A program made the position numbers and the translations under genes. Shown here piece after piece: positions 1-11,545 of a stretch of DNA of 64,000 bases (its first letter is position 1; the number at the start of each line of letters is the position of its first letter). The notes beneath the pieces are model-generated. The model made no database searches. It was not told where the DNA came from and saw nothing but the letters and a program-made list of their open reading frames with translations. The DNA comes from Gammaproteobacteria bacterium (GTDB taxonomy: Bacteria; Pseudomonadota; Gammaproteobacteria; UBA1113). Location of the stretch: the NCBI GenBank assembly GCA_021773295.1, contig JAJFKI010000027.1, positions 59,885-123,884 on the forward strand, given 5' to 3'.

Positions 1-729
1 AAGGGGATCAAAGTAGACCAGGTGCGTGAGTTGGTTGATTCACTTAACCTAACCGGACAAATGAGCGCTAAACGCGTTATTGTTATTTCTCCCACGGAGT
101 CGATGAACTCAGCTGCAGCTAATGCCTTATTAAAAACATTAGAAGAACCAGCGCCCGGAGTTCATTTAATATTAGTTTGCCATCAATTGCAGCGCATCGT
201 GGCGACGATCCGTAGTCGTTGTCAATTGATTAGGTTCTATCCTTCACTGGATGCAAGCACGGTGGCATGGTTAGCCGAGCGTTGTCCTTTGCGCAGTGGA
301 CATGAGCAAGCGTTGCATCATGCCAATGGTATTCCTTTATTAGCACTAAGCAAATTGAATGGTGAACAAAACGATGGACAATTGCTCGCAAACAATTTGT
401 TATTACTTAAATCAGAACAACATCAATTATTTGATATTGCCAAGCAATGGAAGGACAGTTCTCATGCCTCAGTTTTGACGCACTGTTTACAAATCACTAG
501 TCAAATCATTCGTTATCGAATGGTTGGCACATGCAATTATCCAGAGCAACAACTCATTCAGCAACTATCGCAAGGCATTAATCTATCCAGCTTATTTAAT
601 TATTATCGTTACTTGCTAAATCAAGCACATCGGCTATCCTCTAGCCTTAATCAGCAAATGTTATTGGAGCAACTCTTGGTACACTGGTGTGAATTAAATC
701 GCTGCAAAGGAGAAATCTATGCTTGTTGA
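1..729 (+). CDS. holB: DNA polymerase III delta' subunit (5'-partial)
   Basis: Frame open from position 1 (KGIKVDQVRE); MNSAAANALLKTLEEP and TIRSRCQ clamp-loader motifs; followed by tatD. Confidence 0.95.
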   Translation, partial: KGIKVDQVRELVDSLNLTGQMSAKRVIVISPTESMNSAAANALLKTLEEPAPGVHLILVCHQLQRIVATIRSRCQLIRFYPSLDASTVAWLAERCPLRSGHEQALHHANGIPLLALSKLNGEQNDGQLLANNLLLLKSEQHQLFDIAKQWKDSSHASVLTHCLQITSQIIRYRMVGTCNYPEQQLIQQLSQGINLSSLFNYYRYLLNQAHRLSSSLNQQMLLEQLLVHWCELNRCKGEIYAC

Positions 730-1510
730 TTCGCACTGTCATATTGATCAATTGGATTTAACCTTATTCGACAATAATATGGATAATATTATTCAGGCAG
801 CGCGTGACAATGATGTAAGCTATTTACTCTGTGTCTGCATTGATATGAATAATTTCCCTGCCGTCAAAGCCATTGCAGAGCAATATGATAACGTCAGTGC
901 CAGTGTTGGCGTGCATCCCAATGAAACAGACACTCATGATCCTGGCATTGAAGAATTAATCGATTTAGCCAGTGATGGTTCTATTGTTGCCATTGGCGAA
1001 ACGGGTTTAGATTATTACCGGACCGAAGGGGATGTTGAGTGGCAACAACAACGGTTTCGACGCCACATTGCCGCTGCAAAAAAGATTAAAAAACCATTAA
1101 TAGTGCATACGCGAAATGCCAGAGCGGACACCATCCAACTTCTAAAAGAAGAGAATGCAGCAGATATTGGTGGTGTTATGCACTGTTTTACAGAAGATTG
1201 GGACATGGCAAAAAAAGCGCTAGATTTAGGTTTTTACATTTCCTTTTCTGGCATTGTCACCTTTAAGAACGCTAAGGAATTACAACAAGTGGCACAGCGT
1301 GTGCCAGCAGACAGGATGCTTATTGAAACTGACTCACCTTACTTAGCACCAGTACCATACAGAGGTAAACCTAATCAGCCTGCTTATGTGAAATATGTTG
1401 CTAGCTTTCTCGCTGAATTAAGACAGGAGCCTTATGAAACCATTGCCAAGACGACGACGGAAAATTTTGCACGATTATTCAACATTGCATTATCTGAGAT
1501 CAACACCTAA
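719..1510 (+). CDS. tatD: TatD family DNase (YcfH-like)
   Basis: DSHCH, GVHP, GETGLDY, HCF and ETDSPYLAP motifs. Confidence 0.95.
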   Translation: MLVDSHCHIDQLDLTLFDNNMDNIIQAARDNDVSYLLCVCIDMNNFPAVKAIAEQYDNVSASVGVHPNETDTHDPGIEELIDLASDGSIVAIGETGLDYYRTEGDVEWQQQRFRRHIAAAKKIKKPLIVHTRNARADTIQLLKEENAADIGGVMHCFTEDWDMAKKALDLGFYISFSGIVTFKNAKELQQVAQRVPADRMLIETDSPYLAPVPYRGKPNQPAYVKYVASFLAELRQEPYETIAKTTTENFARLFNIALSEINT

Positions 1511-1708
1511 GTGCATTTTTATTAGGGTAAGCTGAACAACGGGGTTAATGTTGCACAACTTTGTTAGTTCGTGTAACAAAAGGAATTTTTATTTTTATTT
1601 TATTAAGCAAAATAGATCTTTATCGGCTAACTTTATGGGTAAGAAGGTTTGATTCCTGATGGGAGTTATTTCTTGTATTAAAACACAATCGGGGCTGGAG
1701 GTGACCAC

Positions 1709-3985
1709 ATGCTAAGTAAGGATTTAGAAGTTACCCTTAACTTGGCTTTTCAGGAAGCAAGGAACCAACGTCATGAATTTATGACGGTGGAGCATTTATT
1801 ATTAGCGTTGCTCGATAATACATCAGCAAGGAATGTTTTAAACAGTTGTAGTGTTAGCATCGATTTATTGCGTGATAAGTTATCACATTATATAGAAACA
1901 AAAACACCACGATTGCCTGAAAATGAAGAGTTAAGAGAAACTCAACCAACGTTAGGTTTCCGTCGTGTATTACAGCGCGCTGTTTTCCATGTTCAATCTG
2001 CTGGTCGCTCTGAAGTGAGTGGTGCAAATGTACTCACTGCAATTTTTAGTGAGCAAGGCAGCATGGCGGTGGAACTTTTAAAAGAAAATGGTGTCACCCG
2101 TATTGACGTGGTGAACTATATATCACATGGTGTTGCACGATCACAAGGTATGGAGTCAAGTCCAGAAAGCATGCCGCAATCACCTGTGCAGACTCAATCT
2201 GAAGAAGAGTTGGGTTTTGGCGCTACAGCGCCTACAGCGCTCGAGTCCTATACCATTAATCTTAATTTGAAAGCACTGACGGGCAATATTGATCCGGTGA
2301 TTGGCCGTGAATATGAAATCGAACGGGTCACGCAAGTGCTTTGCCGCAGACGTAAAAATAATCCTTTACTAGTTGGGGAAGCAGGCGTTGGTAAAACGGC
2401 CATTGCAGAAGGCTTAGCCAAACTCATTGTTGAAGATAAAGTGCCAGATTTATTGAAAAAATCTACCGTCTATTCCCTGGATTTAGGGAATTTATTAGCC
2501 GGTACTAAATACCGCGGTGATTTTGAAAAACGTTTTAAAGCCTTGATTCAAGAATTAGTGCAACAGCCCGGCGCTATTTTATTCATTGATGAAATTCACA
2601 CCATCATCGGGGCAGGGGCTGCTTCTGGTGGCGTCATGGATGCTTCTAATTTAATCAAGCCATTATTATCCAATGGTGAGTTGAAATGTATTGGTGCGAC
2701 GACCTTCCAAGAATACCGTACAATTTTTGAAAAAGATCGCGCTCTAGCCAGACGTTTCCAAAAAGTGGATATTAATGAGCCTACGATTGAAGAAACTGTG
2801 AAAATTCTCAAAGGCATTCGCAAAAAATTTGAAACCCATCATGGGGTTAAATATTCAGTCAAAAGCTTAGTTGCTGCGGCTGAATTATCGGCAAGGTTCA
2901 TTACTGATAGATTCCTGCCCGACAAAGCCATTGATATTGTGGATGAAGCCGGCGCTTTCCAATCGCTACAAATCTCATCTAAAAAGAAAAAACTTATTGG
3001 CACTCAGGAAATCGAAGAAATTGTGGCCAACATTGCCAGAATTCCATCGCAAACAGTATCTGCTGACGATAAAGAAATCTTGAAAGACTTAGTGCGTGAT
3101 TTAAAAATGCTGGTCTTTGGACAAGATGATGCCATCAAAGCCTTAGGCTCCGCCATTAAATTATCACGAGCCGGCCTAAGAGAGCCAGAGAAGCCCGTTG
3201 GCTGTTTCTTGTTTGCCGGACCTACGGGTGTTGGTAAAACCGAAGTAACGCGTCAATTGGCGAAATTAATGGGTATTGAGTTATTGCGTTTTGATATGTC
3301 CGAATACATGGAAAAACACTCAGTGTCACGATTGATTGGTGCGCCTCCAGGTTACGTGGGTTACGAGCAATCCGGTTTATTAACCGAGGCTGTCACAAAA
3401 ACGCCACACGCGGTATTATTACTCGATGAAATTGAAAAAGCCCATCAAGACATTTTCAATTTGCTACTACAAGTGATGGACCATGGTACATTGACCGACA
3501 ATAATGGTCGTAAAGCCGATTTCCGCCATGTTATCGTCGTCATGACCACCAATGCGGGCGCGCAATCCGTAAGCCGTAATCAAATTGGCTTTACCAATCA
3601 AGATAATTCTCAAGATAACTTAGAAGAAATTAATCGCTTCTTCTCACCAGAATTTCGCAATCGTTTAGATTCCATTATCAGCTTTGGCTTCTTGGACGAT
3701 AAAACCATCAGCAACATTGTTGATAAGTTCATCATGGAGCTAGAAGTTCAACTGGAACAAAAACACGTGAAACTACACGTACATGATAAGGTTCGAAATT
3801 GGTTAGCTATTAATGGCCATAACCCACAAATGGGTGCACGCCCCATGGCACGCCTCATCCAAGAACGGATCAAAAAACCACTGGCAGACGAATTACTCTT
3901 CGGCCAACTAAGCCACGGTGGCGCGGTGAAACTCATCATTGAAAATGATGAAATTGCCTTTGAAGTAGAAGAGTCTTGCACCTAA
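1709..3985 (+). CDS. clpA: ATP-dependent Clp protease ATP-binding subunit ClpA
   Basis: N-terminal [13 protein letters not shown]; two AAA+ modules ([16 protein letters not shown]); IGF ClpP-docking loop; 758 aa; GGAGG RBS. Confidence 0.97.
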   Translation: MLSKDLEVTLNLAFQEARNQRHEFMTVEHLLLALLDNTSARNVLNSCSVSIDLLRDKLSHYIETKTPRLPENEELRETQPTLGFRRVLQRAVFHVQSAGRSEVSGANVLTAIFSEQGSMAVELLKENGVTRIDVVNYISHGVARSQGMESSPESMPQSPVQTQSEEELGFGATAPTALESYTINLNLKALTGNIDPVIGREYEIERVTQVLCRRRKNNPLLVGEAGVGKTAIAEGLAKLIVEDKVPDLLKKSTVYSLDLGNLLAGTKYRGDFEKRFKALIQELVQQPGAILFIDEIHTIIGAGAASGGVMDASNLIKPLLSNGELKCIGATTFQEYRTIFEKDRALARRFQKVDINEPTIEETVKILKGIRKKFETHHGVKYSVKSLVAAAELSARFITDRFLPDKAIDIVDEAGAFQSLQISSKKKKLIGTQEIEEIVANIARIPSQTVSADDKEILKDLVRDLKMLVFGQDDAIKALGSAIKLSRAGLREPEKPVGCFLFAGPTGVGKTEVTRQLAKLMGIELLRFDMSEYMEKHSVSRLIGAPPGYVGYEQSGLLTEAVTKTPHAVLLLDEIEKAHQDIFNLLLQVMDHGTLTDNNGRKADFRHVIVVMTTNAGAQSVSRNQIGFTNQDNSQDNLEEINRFFSPEFRNRLDSIISFGFLDDKTISNIVDKFIMELEVQLEQKHVKLHVHDKVRNWLAINGHNPQMGARPMARLIQERIKKPLADELLFGQLSHGGAVKLIIENDEIAFEVEESCT

Positions 3986-4003
3986 AATAAACTGATATTT
4001 CGA

Positions 4004-4651
4004 TCAAGCCAAATGACGTTTAACCAACAATAAATCTTTGTAGGACTTTACTTTATCGCGTGGGTTTCGTAATAAGTAAGCTGGGTGATAAGTCACGAGT
4101 AGGCTAGTGTCATTATACTGTAAGCGTTGGCCTCGCAAGCGGCTAAGGGGCGTTGTAACACCTAACAAGTAATGTGCTGCTACTCGGCCGACAGCTAATA
4201 ATAATTTGGGTTGCATCAGTTCAATTTGCTGTTCAAGATACGCTGTGCATTTTGCGACTTCTTCTGCATTGGGATCACGGTTAAAAGGTGGGCGGCATTT
4301 TAAGACGTTGCAAATAAAGACGGACTCTCGTTCAATCCCAATTGCCTGCAACATTGAGGTGAGTAATTGACCGGCTTTGCCAACGAAAGGTTTGCCTTGC
4401 TTATCTTCGTTCGCACCTGGTGCTTCACCAATGATCATTAAATCAGCGGTTTGACTCCCTGTCCCAAAAACAGTCTTCGTACGACTGTTACATAGGTCAC
4501 ATCTTTTGCAACTTGCCACTGCTTGTTGCAGCAGTGTCCATTTATCTTCCTCAATCGTAGCAGGCACAGCCTGTGGCTTGGCAGTGCGTGGATGCCACTG
4601 TACAATACCCATAGCATTGAGGTAGTGATTGTTTAGTTGATTATCAGTCAT
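4004..4651 (-). CDS. Uracil-DNA glycosylase family 4 (Fe-S)
   Basis: CKRCDLC, GEAPG, KCRPP and TYHPAYLLR motifs. Confidence 0.93.
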   Translation of the reverse strand: MTDNQLNNHYLNAMGIVQWHPRTAKPQAVPATIEEDKWTLLQQAVASCKRCDLCNSRTKTVFGTGSQTADLMIIGEAPGANEDKQGKPFVGKAGQLLTSMLQAIGIERESVFICNVLKCRPPFNRDPNAEEVAKCTAYLEQQIELMQPKLLLAVGRVAAHYLLGVTTPLSRLRGQRLQYNDTSLLVTYHPAYLLRNPRDKVKSYKDLLLVKRHLA

Positions 4652-4704
4652 GCCGCTACCATATCGAAAAACTTAGAAATTTTCAATTAACCTTAGGGAA
4701 TGCG

Positions 4705-6063
4705 ATGTTACTGTTAGCAGTGAGTATTACGACATTAATTTTAGTGGCAATCGCTATTGCTCTTAGTTTAAAGCAAACGCAACAATCAAAGCAAAGCCGA
4801 GATGATAGGCAACGCCTTGAGAATTTGATGAATCAATTAGACAAACAGTGGCAAACTGGGCAAGTAGAGACGAGGGAAGCCTTATTAAAAACTCAAGCCG
4901 GCAGTGAGCAGCGGATCAGTGACAAAATCAATCAATTTAATGTGCAATTACAAAAGGACTTTGCTGCCCTCAAAGACCAATTAAAATCAGATTTTCATCA
5001 ACACCGTACTGAATTTGATAAGCACCAATTATCGACCATGAAGCAACTGCAAGAGCACATTCAAAATAATTCAGAGCAAGTACGTCGGCAGCTCAATGAA
5101 ATTCTTGATCAAAATAATAAATTGATGAATAATCAAATTGAAAAATTAACGAAAGCGGTGGATGAACGGCTTAAAGAAATCAGTGGTCAAGTTGAAAAGC
5201 GTTTAGCAGATGGCTTTGAGAAAACCACCAAAACTTTTTCAGATGTCATTAAACGCCTGGCTTTGATTGATGAAGCGCAAAAAAAGATTACTGAGTTATC
5301 TAGCAATGTGGTTAGTTTGCAGGAAGTCTTAGTGGATAGGAAAGCACGTGGTGCTTTTGGTGAAGTTCAATTATCGGGTTTGGTTCGTAACTTGTTACCA
5401 GAAGCCAATTACAAATTCCAACATACTTTCAGCAATGACAAACGTGCTGACTGTGTTTTGTTATTACCAGAACCAACAGGCACCATTGCCGTCGATGCTA
5501 AATTTCCACTCGAGACTTATCGCATCATGAATCAAAAGGATATTTCGCCTGCTGATAAGAAAGCGGCCGAGCAACAATTTCGGCAAGATATTCGTCATCA
5601 TTTAAATGAAATTTCCAGCAAATATATTATTCCTGGTGAGACATCTGATGGTGCCGTGATGTTCATACCTGCAGAAGCGGTGTTTGCTGAGATCCATTCT
5701 AAATTTCCAGACATTGTTGAAGAGTCATATCAAAAACGTGTTTGGTTAGTGTCACCGACCACGATGATGGCCATTTTAACCACTGCGAGGGCTGTGTTAA
5801 AAGATGCAGCAACCAGGCAGCAAGTGCATGTGATTCAAGAACATTTATCTTATTTAGGCAAAGACTTTGAACGTTTTGAAAAACGCATGACTGCACTTGG
5901 GCGCCACATTGAACAAACTCATGAAGACGTGAAGCAAGTGAATATTTCGGCGCGCAAAATCACTAACCGTTTTACTCAGATAGAAAAAGTTGAACTTAAT
6001 GAAATTGGCGATGAGGCAAATGCCCTAGCGTCACAGGAAATAACAGAAGAAGAAGGAGCATAG
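4705..6063 (+). CDS. rmuC: DNA recombination protein RmuC
   Basis: N-terminal TM helix, long coiled coil, RGAFGE, DAKFP and VMFIPAE motifs. Confidence 0.93.
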   Translation: MLLLAVSITTLILVAIAIALSLKQTQQSKQSRDDRQRLENLMNQLDKQWQTGQVETREALLKTQAGSEQRISDKINQFNVQLQKDFAALKDQLKSDFHQHRTEFDKHQLSTMKQLQEHIQNNSEQVRRQLNEILDQNNKLMNNQIEKLTKAVDERLKEISGQVEKRLADGFEKTTKTFSDVIKRLALIDEAQKKITELSSNVVSLQEVLVDRKARGAFGEVQLSGLVRNLLPEANYKFQHTFSNDKRADCVLLLPEPTGTIAVDAKFPLETYRIMNQKDISPADKKAAEQQFRQDIRHHLNEISSKYIIPGETSDGAVMFIPAEAVFAEIHSKFPDIVEESYQKRVWLVSPTTMMAILTTARAVLKDAATRQQVHVIQEHLSYLGKDFERFEKRMTALGRHIEQTHEDVKQVNISARKITNRFTQIEKVELNEIGDEANALASQEITEEEGA

Positions 6064-6064
6064 C

Positions 6065-6376
6065 GTGGGACGTAAAATTTTATATTATGTAGTCGCGAGT
6101 TTTATTATCATTTTGGCAGCGAAATATATCATGCATCCACTATCGTGGACCCATCAATTGTATCAATACGTTAATGGGTTCTTAGGTGGTATTTTTAAAG
6201 GCGGCTATTGGGGACAAGTGGTGCGAAACACGATTGCTCTAATCGTGGTGCCTTTACTCATAATGGCAATCCCGGCCTTATTCTCATGGGGATTTAGCAG
6301 ACAAAAGCAGCCCTTGTTATACATTGCCTTATGGTGCGTTTGGATTGTTGTAGCGACGATGGTGTTGTTAAAATAA
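6065..6376 (+). CDS. Small hypothetical membrane protein (about 3 TM)
   Basis: GTG start 1 nt after the rmuC stop with GGAG RBS; hydrophobic segments. Confidence 0.7.
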   Translation: MGRKILYYVVASFIIILAAKYIMHPLSWTHQLYQYVNGFLGGIFKGGYWGQVVRNTIALIVVPLLIMAIPALFSWGFSRQKQPLLYIALWCVWIVVATMVLLK

Positions 6377-6428
6377 CTAAGACGCCAGCATAATTCTAAG
6401 AGCAGCGATTATAACTAAGAAAATGTAT

Positions 6429-6914
6429 TTATTCCATCTGTTTCTTACGCTCCAAATGTTCACGATAAAGTTTTAACCTCGTTTCACGACGAATTTTTGC
6501 TTCTTCAAAACGACGCTTGTCTATTTCATTGTTTAATTCAAGCTTGGGTACAGCTGTTGGCTTCTTATTGTCATCTAGTGCCACCATGGTGAGGTAGCAG
6601 GTATTGGTATGTCGCTTTTCGCCAGTCTTTAAATTTTCGGCGACGACTTTTACGCCGACTTCCATGGATGACGTGCCTACGAAGTTTATACTGGCGTGGA
6701 AGGTGAGGAGATCACCAACGTGGACAGGATCTTTAAAATAAACTCTGTCTACAGAGAGTGTGACAATCGCTGTGCCGGCATAGCGACAGGCACAAGCGTA
6801 GGCAACTTTGTCGATAAAACTTAATATGTAGCCACCGTGGACATTACCACTGAAGTTTGCCATGTCTGGTGTCATGATTTCTGCCATGCTGACAGTTTTT
6901 TCTCTTTTTTCCAT
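6429..6914 (-). CDS. Acyl-CoA thioesterase (hotdog fold, YciA-like)
   Basis: NFSGNVHGG..D and GTSSMEVGV motifs. Confidence 0.92.
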   Translation of the reverse strand: MEKREKTVSMAEIMTPDMANFSGNVHGGYILSFIDKVAYACACRYAGTAIVTLSVDRVYFKDPVHVGDLLTFHASINFVGTSSMEVGVKVVAENLKTGEKRHTNTCYLTMVALDDNKKPTAVPKLELNNEIDKRRFEEAKIRRETRLKLYREHLERKKQME

Positions 6915-6931
6915 GTTTTAGTTTCCTTGTG

Positions 6932-8560
6932 TTACATGTCGGTGTAGTTAGGGCCGCCACCACCTTCAGGCGGTACCCAGTTAATGTTTTGCTTAGGATC
7001 TTTAATATCGCAGGTTTTGCAATGGATGCAATTTTGCGCATTGATTTGCAAGCGTGCTTGTTGTTGTTCGTTGACGACTATCTCATAAACGCTAGCTGGG
7101 CAATAACGTGCTTCCGGGCTAGCATAAACGTCATAATTAATAGTAATAGCAATGTCTGGTTCTCCAAGTTGTAAGTGACAAGGCTGATCTTCTTCGTGGT
7201 TGGTGTTGGATAAATACACGGATGATAATTTATCAAACGTTATTTTTTGATCGGGCGCAGGGTATTCAATGGGCTTACAGTCTTTTGCTGATTTTAGTTG
7301 AGTATGATCGGCTGTTTGTTTAAAGGTCCAGGGCGCATTACCGCGTAGGATATACGTATCAAAGGCTGAGTATATTAAACCGGGCCATAAGCCTTTATGA
7401 AAAGCTGGTCTGATATTGCGGGCTTTGTGTAACTCTTTCCACAACCAAGTTTTTTTAATCTGTGGTAAGTAATCAATGGGCTTATTTAAGCTGTCTTGTT
7501 TAAAAGCATCAATGATTGCATTAGCAGCTTCTATTCCTGACTTCATGGCTGTATGCGTGCCTTTTATTTTTGGTACGTTTAAAAAGCCAGCACAGTCACC
7601 CACTAATAGCCCACCTGGAAATGAGACTGTTGGTAATGATTGCAGGCCGCCTTCATTAATGGCTCTGGCGCCGTAGCTAATGCGCTTGGCGTTATTGAAT
7701 AAAGGTTTAAATTCAGGATGCAATTTCAAGCGTTGCATTTCGCAAAAGGGATCAAGGTATGGGTTTTGATAATCCAAGCCAACAACAAAACCAACTGAGA
7801 GTAAATTCTCTCCCCAATGATAAATAAAACTACCACCATAAGTACTATTGTCTAAAGGCCATCCTACCGTATGAATGACGCTGCCTTTTTCATGATTAGA
7901 GTGATCAATTTCCCATAATTCTTTTACACCAATACCATAGGTTTGTGGATCAGCCCCTTTTCTTAATTGATAGTGTTGTTCGACTGATTTTGTTAGGGAT
8001 CCTCTGCAACCTTCGGCTAGCACAACTTGTTTCCCATGAATTTCTATACCAGGTTCAAAGGTTTGTTTGCGTTGGCCTTGTCTATCAATACCCATATCAC
8101 CCGTGGCAATGCCATAGACTCGATCATGTTCATCATAGAGAACTTCTTTCGCTGCAAAACCCGGAAATATTTCAACACCGAGTGACTGCGCCACCTCCGC
8201 TAGCCAACGACAAAACTGGCCGAGGCTAATAATATAATTACCTTTATTATTCATTTGCGGCGGTGTTGGAAAGCGCATGGCCTTGTCTTTGGTAAGAAAT
8301 AAGAATTTATCGTTGGTAACGGCCGTTTCAATGGGTGCTGACAGTGTATTCCAATTAGGGAGTAATTCAGTGAGGCTGATGGGATCGATGACTGCACCTG
8401 ATAGTATGTGTGCGCCTACTTCAGAACCTTTCTCAACGATGCAAACACTGAGCTCAATATCATGATCTTGTGCCAACTGCATCAATTTGATGCTGGTAGA
8501 TAAACCAGCAGGCCCAGCACCGACAATGATTACATCGAACTCAATTGATTCTCTTTCCAC
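6932..8560 (-). CDS. Electron transfer flavoprotein-ubiquinone oxidoreductase
   Basis: GAGPAG FAD motif; C-terminal CP...CIHCKTC Fe-S; start placed at GTG 8560 (MERESIEFDV) behind AGGA RBS. Confidence 0.96.
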   Translation of the reverse strand: MERESIEFDVIIVGAGPAGLSTSIKLMQLAQDHDIELSVCIVEKGSEVGAHILSGAVIDPISLTELLPNWNTLSAPIETAVTNDKFLFLTKDKAMRFPTPPQMNNKGNYIISLGQFCRWLAEVAQSLGVEIFPGFAAKEVLYDEHDRVYGIATGDMGIDRQGQRKQTFEPGIEIHGKQVVLAEGCRGSLTKSVEQHYQLRKGADPQTYGIGVKELWEIDHSNHEKGSVIHTVGWPLDNSTYGGSFIYHWGENLLSVGFVVGLDYQNPYLDPFCEMQRLKLHPEFKPLFNNAKRISYGARAINEGGLQSLPTVSFPGGLLVGDCAGFLNVPKIKGTHTAMKSGIEAANAIIDAFKQDSLNKPIDYLPQIKKTWLWKELHKARNIRPAFHKGLWPGLIYSAFDTYILRGNAPWTFKQTADHTQLKSAKDCKPIEYPAPDQKITFDKLSSVYLSNTNHEEDQPCHLQLGEPDIAITINYDVYASPEARYCPASVYEIVVNEQQQARLQINAQNCIHCKTCDIKDPKQNINWVPPEGGGGPNYTDM

Positions 8561-8702
8561 AAGATTATTCCTACTGTTGATCCTAAAACACACAATTTAG
8601 TGACTTGATGCCCATATAAATCTGTCTATCATCTTGACCTGGAAGGGATTTAAGGTCAAGATGCGTGTCAAAATTACGTTCGTAAAATGTTCTGAGGATA
8701 AA

Positions 8703-9455
8703 ATGAAAGTATTGGTAGCAGTCAAACGTGTGATTGATCCGTATGTGCGCGTTCGCGTAGCAGAGGATGGTAGTGGCGTTATCACCAAAAATGCCAAGAT
8801 GGCAATGAATCCTTTTGATGAAATAGCCTTAGAGCAAGCGATTCAATTAAAAGAAGCAGGCATTGCCACACAAATTATTATTGCGGCCATTGGCAATGAT
8901 AATACGCAAGAAACCCTACGCAAAGGCTTGGCGATGGGGGCAGATAAAGCGATTCATGTGAATACAAACAGCGCATTGCAACCATTAGCGGTGGCGAAAG
9001 TGCTGCATAAAATCGTATCAGATGAACAGCCCCAATTAATTTTATTGGGCAAACAAAGTATATCTGGTGATAATAATCAAACAGGACAGATGTTAGCAGC
9101 CTTATTGGATTGGCCTCAAGCAACCTTTATTTCTGACTTGGCAATAGAGGCTGACATTGCAACCGTGTGCCGTGAAATTGATGGTGGCTTGGAAACATTG
9201 AGTTTAACATTGCCGGCAGTAATGACTGCGGATTTACGCTTAAACGAACCGCGTTATGCGTCCTTGCCAAGTATCATGAAAGCTAAAAACAAACCATTGT
9301 CCGTACTCACATTAGAAGACTTAAAGCTTACACTTAAAGACACTTACAAGGTTACAACCGTTTCGCCACCCGTAGCAAGAACACCAGGTGTGATTTTAAA
9401 AGATGTTGCTACCTTAATAGATAAATTAAAGCATGAAGCTAAGGTGTTATCATGA
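8703..9455 (+). CDS. etfB: Electron transfer flavoprotein beta subunit
   Basis: MKVLVAVKRVID, MNPFDEIA and LNEPRYASLP; GAGG RBS before ATG 8703. Confidence 0.96.
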   Translation: MKVLVAVKRVIDPYVRVRVAEDGSGVITKNAKMAMNPFDEIALEQAIQLKEAGIATQIIIAAIGNDNTQETLRKGLAMGADKAIHVNTNSALQPLAVAKVLHKIVSDEQPQLILLGKQSISGDNNQTGQMLAALLDWPQATFISDLAIEADIATVCREIDGGLETLSLTLPAVMTADLRLNEPRYASLPSIMKAKNKPLSVLTLEDLKLTLKDTYKVTTVSPPVARTPGVILKDVATLIDKLKHEAKVLS

Positions 9456-10384
9456 GTGTCATTATTTTAGCGGAACACAATCACGGGCACTGCCATCCAA
9501 ATACGTTACATACAATTACAGCTGCACAGCAGTTAGCAGCTAAAGTTGATGTATTAGTAGTAGGCTTTCAATGTCAAAGTGTTGCCGATGAATTGCGGCT
9601 AATTGAAGGTGTCAACAGTGTGTTGTTGGCTGATAGTCAATGTTATAACAATCAACTTGCCGAGCCAGTGGCAAAATTATTACATAACCACGCGGTACAT
9701 TATACTTATTTATTAGCGCCAGCTAGCACCTTTGGTAAAAATATTATGCCAAGAGTCGCGGCGATGTTGGACGTGCATCAGGTGTCGGATATCACCGCGA
9801 TAAAAGATGCTCAAACCTTTGTGCGACCTATCTATGCAGGGAATGCTTTAGAAACTGTGCAATGCACTGATGAGAAAAAAGTATTAACGATAAGAAGTAC
9901 GGCCTTTGCATTAGCAAAGCAAGGCAGTCAACAAGCAGCTTGCGTGACGATAGATGATGTTATTGATTGGCAAAAGACACGGTTTATCAAACAAACATTA
10001 ACCAAATTAGAACGGCCTGAATTAGGCGTTGCTGATGTGGTTGTCTCCGGCGGGCGTGGCTTACAGAATGCTGAGAATTTTAAATTATTAGAGCAATTAG
10101 CCGGTAAACTTAATGCCGCGATTGGGGCATCCCGCGCAGCTGTGGATGCAGGCTTTGTGCCGAATGATTATCAAGTGGGGCAAACGGGTAAAGTCGTGGC
10201 GCCACGACTCTATTTTGCTATTGGTATTTCTGGTGCAATACAGCATATCGCCGGGATGAAGGATAGCAAAGTTATCGTTGCCATCAATCAGGATGAAGAT
10301 GCAGCCATCTTCAATTATGCTGATTATGGTCTGGTGGGTGATTTATTTGAAATCGTTCCAGAATTAATTAAAGCTTTAAGTTAA
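9452..10384 (+). CDS. etfA: Electron transfer flavoprotein alpha subunit
   Basis: [22 protein letters not shown] and GISGAIQH motifs; ATGA overlap with etfB. Confidence 0.96.
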   Translation: MSVIILAEHNHGHCHPNTLHTITAAQQLAAKVDVLVVGFQCQSVADELRLIEGVNSVLLADSQCYNNQLAEPVAKLLHNHAVHYTYLLAPASTFGKNIMPRVAAMLDVHQVSDITAIKDAQTFVRPIYAGNALETVQCTDEKKVLTIRSTAFALAKQGSQQAACVTIDDVIDWQKTRFIKQTLTKLERPELGVADVVVSGGRGLQNAENFKLLEQLAGKLNAAIGASRAAVDAGFVPNDYQVGQTGKVVAPRLYFAIGISGAIQHIAGMKDSKVIVAINQDEDAAIFNYADYGLVGDLFEIVPELIKALS

Positions 10385-10406
10385 ATCGTTAGGGGGAAGA
10401 TAAGCA

Positions 10407-11522
10407 ATGATCGTTGGTGTGCCTAAAGAAATTAAAACTCACGAATATCGAGTCGGATTAGTACCATCGAGCGTCAGAGAATTAGTACAAACTGGTAATA
10501 AAGTATTGGTGCAAAGCAATGCAGGTGTTGGTATTGGTATCACCAATGAAAATTTTGTAGAAGTTGGCGCGACGATAATCGATACGGCAGAAGAAATTTT
10601 CGCAACGGCCGATATGGTTGTTAAAGTCAAAGAACCACAGCCGAATGAATGTATGATGTTGCGTGAAGGCCAGGTTTTGTTTACTTATTTACACTTGGCG
10701 CCAGATCCCAAGCAAGCAAATTTGTTGATAAAGTCTGGATGTATAGCCATCGCTTACGAAACAGTGACAGATCGTGATGGTCGATTACCTTTATTAACAC
10801 CTATGAGTGAAGTGGCGGGTCGTATGTCAGTACAAGCTGGTGCGACTTCATTAGAGAAAGTGAATGGTGGCAGTGGCATTTTGTTAGGTGGTGTGCCTGG
10901 TGTGGCGCCCGCAAGAGTTATTGTCATTGGTGGCGGAGTGGTTGGAACCAATGCGATTCGCATGGCAATCGGTAAAGAATCTTATGTAACAGTCATTGAT
11001 AAATCCTTGCCACGTTTACAAGCGTTAGATTATCAATTCGGTGCTAAGCTTAATACCATTTTTGCAACAACGGATACGATTGAAGAGTATGTCACAGATG
11101 CAGATTTAATTATTGGTGCTGTGTTAGTACCCGGTGGTTCAGCGCCAAAGCTAGTGCGCAAAGCTATGTTGAAGAAGATGCGCCCTGGCTCTGTGATGGT
11201 GGATGTTGCTATTGATCAAGGTGGCTGTTTTGAAACGAGCCGTCCTACAACTCACGATGATCCAACCTTCATTGTCGATGACGTGGTTCATTATTGCGTA
11301 GCGAATATGCCTGGTGCTGTGCCTAGAACAGCAACCTTTGCACTGAATAATGCGACTGTGCCATTTGTCTTGGCTTTGGCGAACAAGGGGTACAAAAAAG
11401 CGCTATTAGACGACTTAAATTTAATGAATGGTTTGAATGTGTACTGTGGCAAGTTTACTCATGATGAAGTTGCTAATGCCCTTGATAAACCATTTACACA
11501 ACCCGTTTCATTATTGTCATAA
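10407..11522 (+). CDS. ald: Alanine dehydrogenase
   Basis: [23 protein letters not shown] and YCVANMPG motifs. Confidence 0.96.
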   Translation: MIVGVPKEIKTHEYRVGLVPSSVRELVQTGNKVLVQSNAGVGIGITNENFVEVGATIIDTAEEIFATADMVVKVKEPQPNECMMLREGQVLFTYLHLAPDPKQANLLIKSGCIAIAYETVTDRDGRLPLLTPMSEVAGRMSVQAGATSLEKVNGGSGILLGGVPGVAPARVIVIGGGVVGTNAIRMAIGKESYVTVIDKSLPRLQALDYQFGAKLNTIFATTDTIEEYVTDADLIIGAVLVPGGSAPKLVRKAMLKKMRPGSVMVDVAIDQGGCFETSRPTTHDDPTFIVDDVVHYCVANMPGAVPRTATFALNNATVPFVLALANKGYKKALLDDLNLMNGLNVYCGKFTHDEVANALDKPFTQPVSLLS

Positions 11523-11545
11523 TGTGACGTTCGTTTTCGGGAGGA

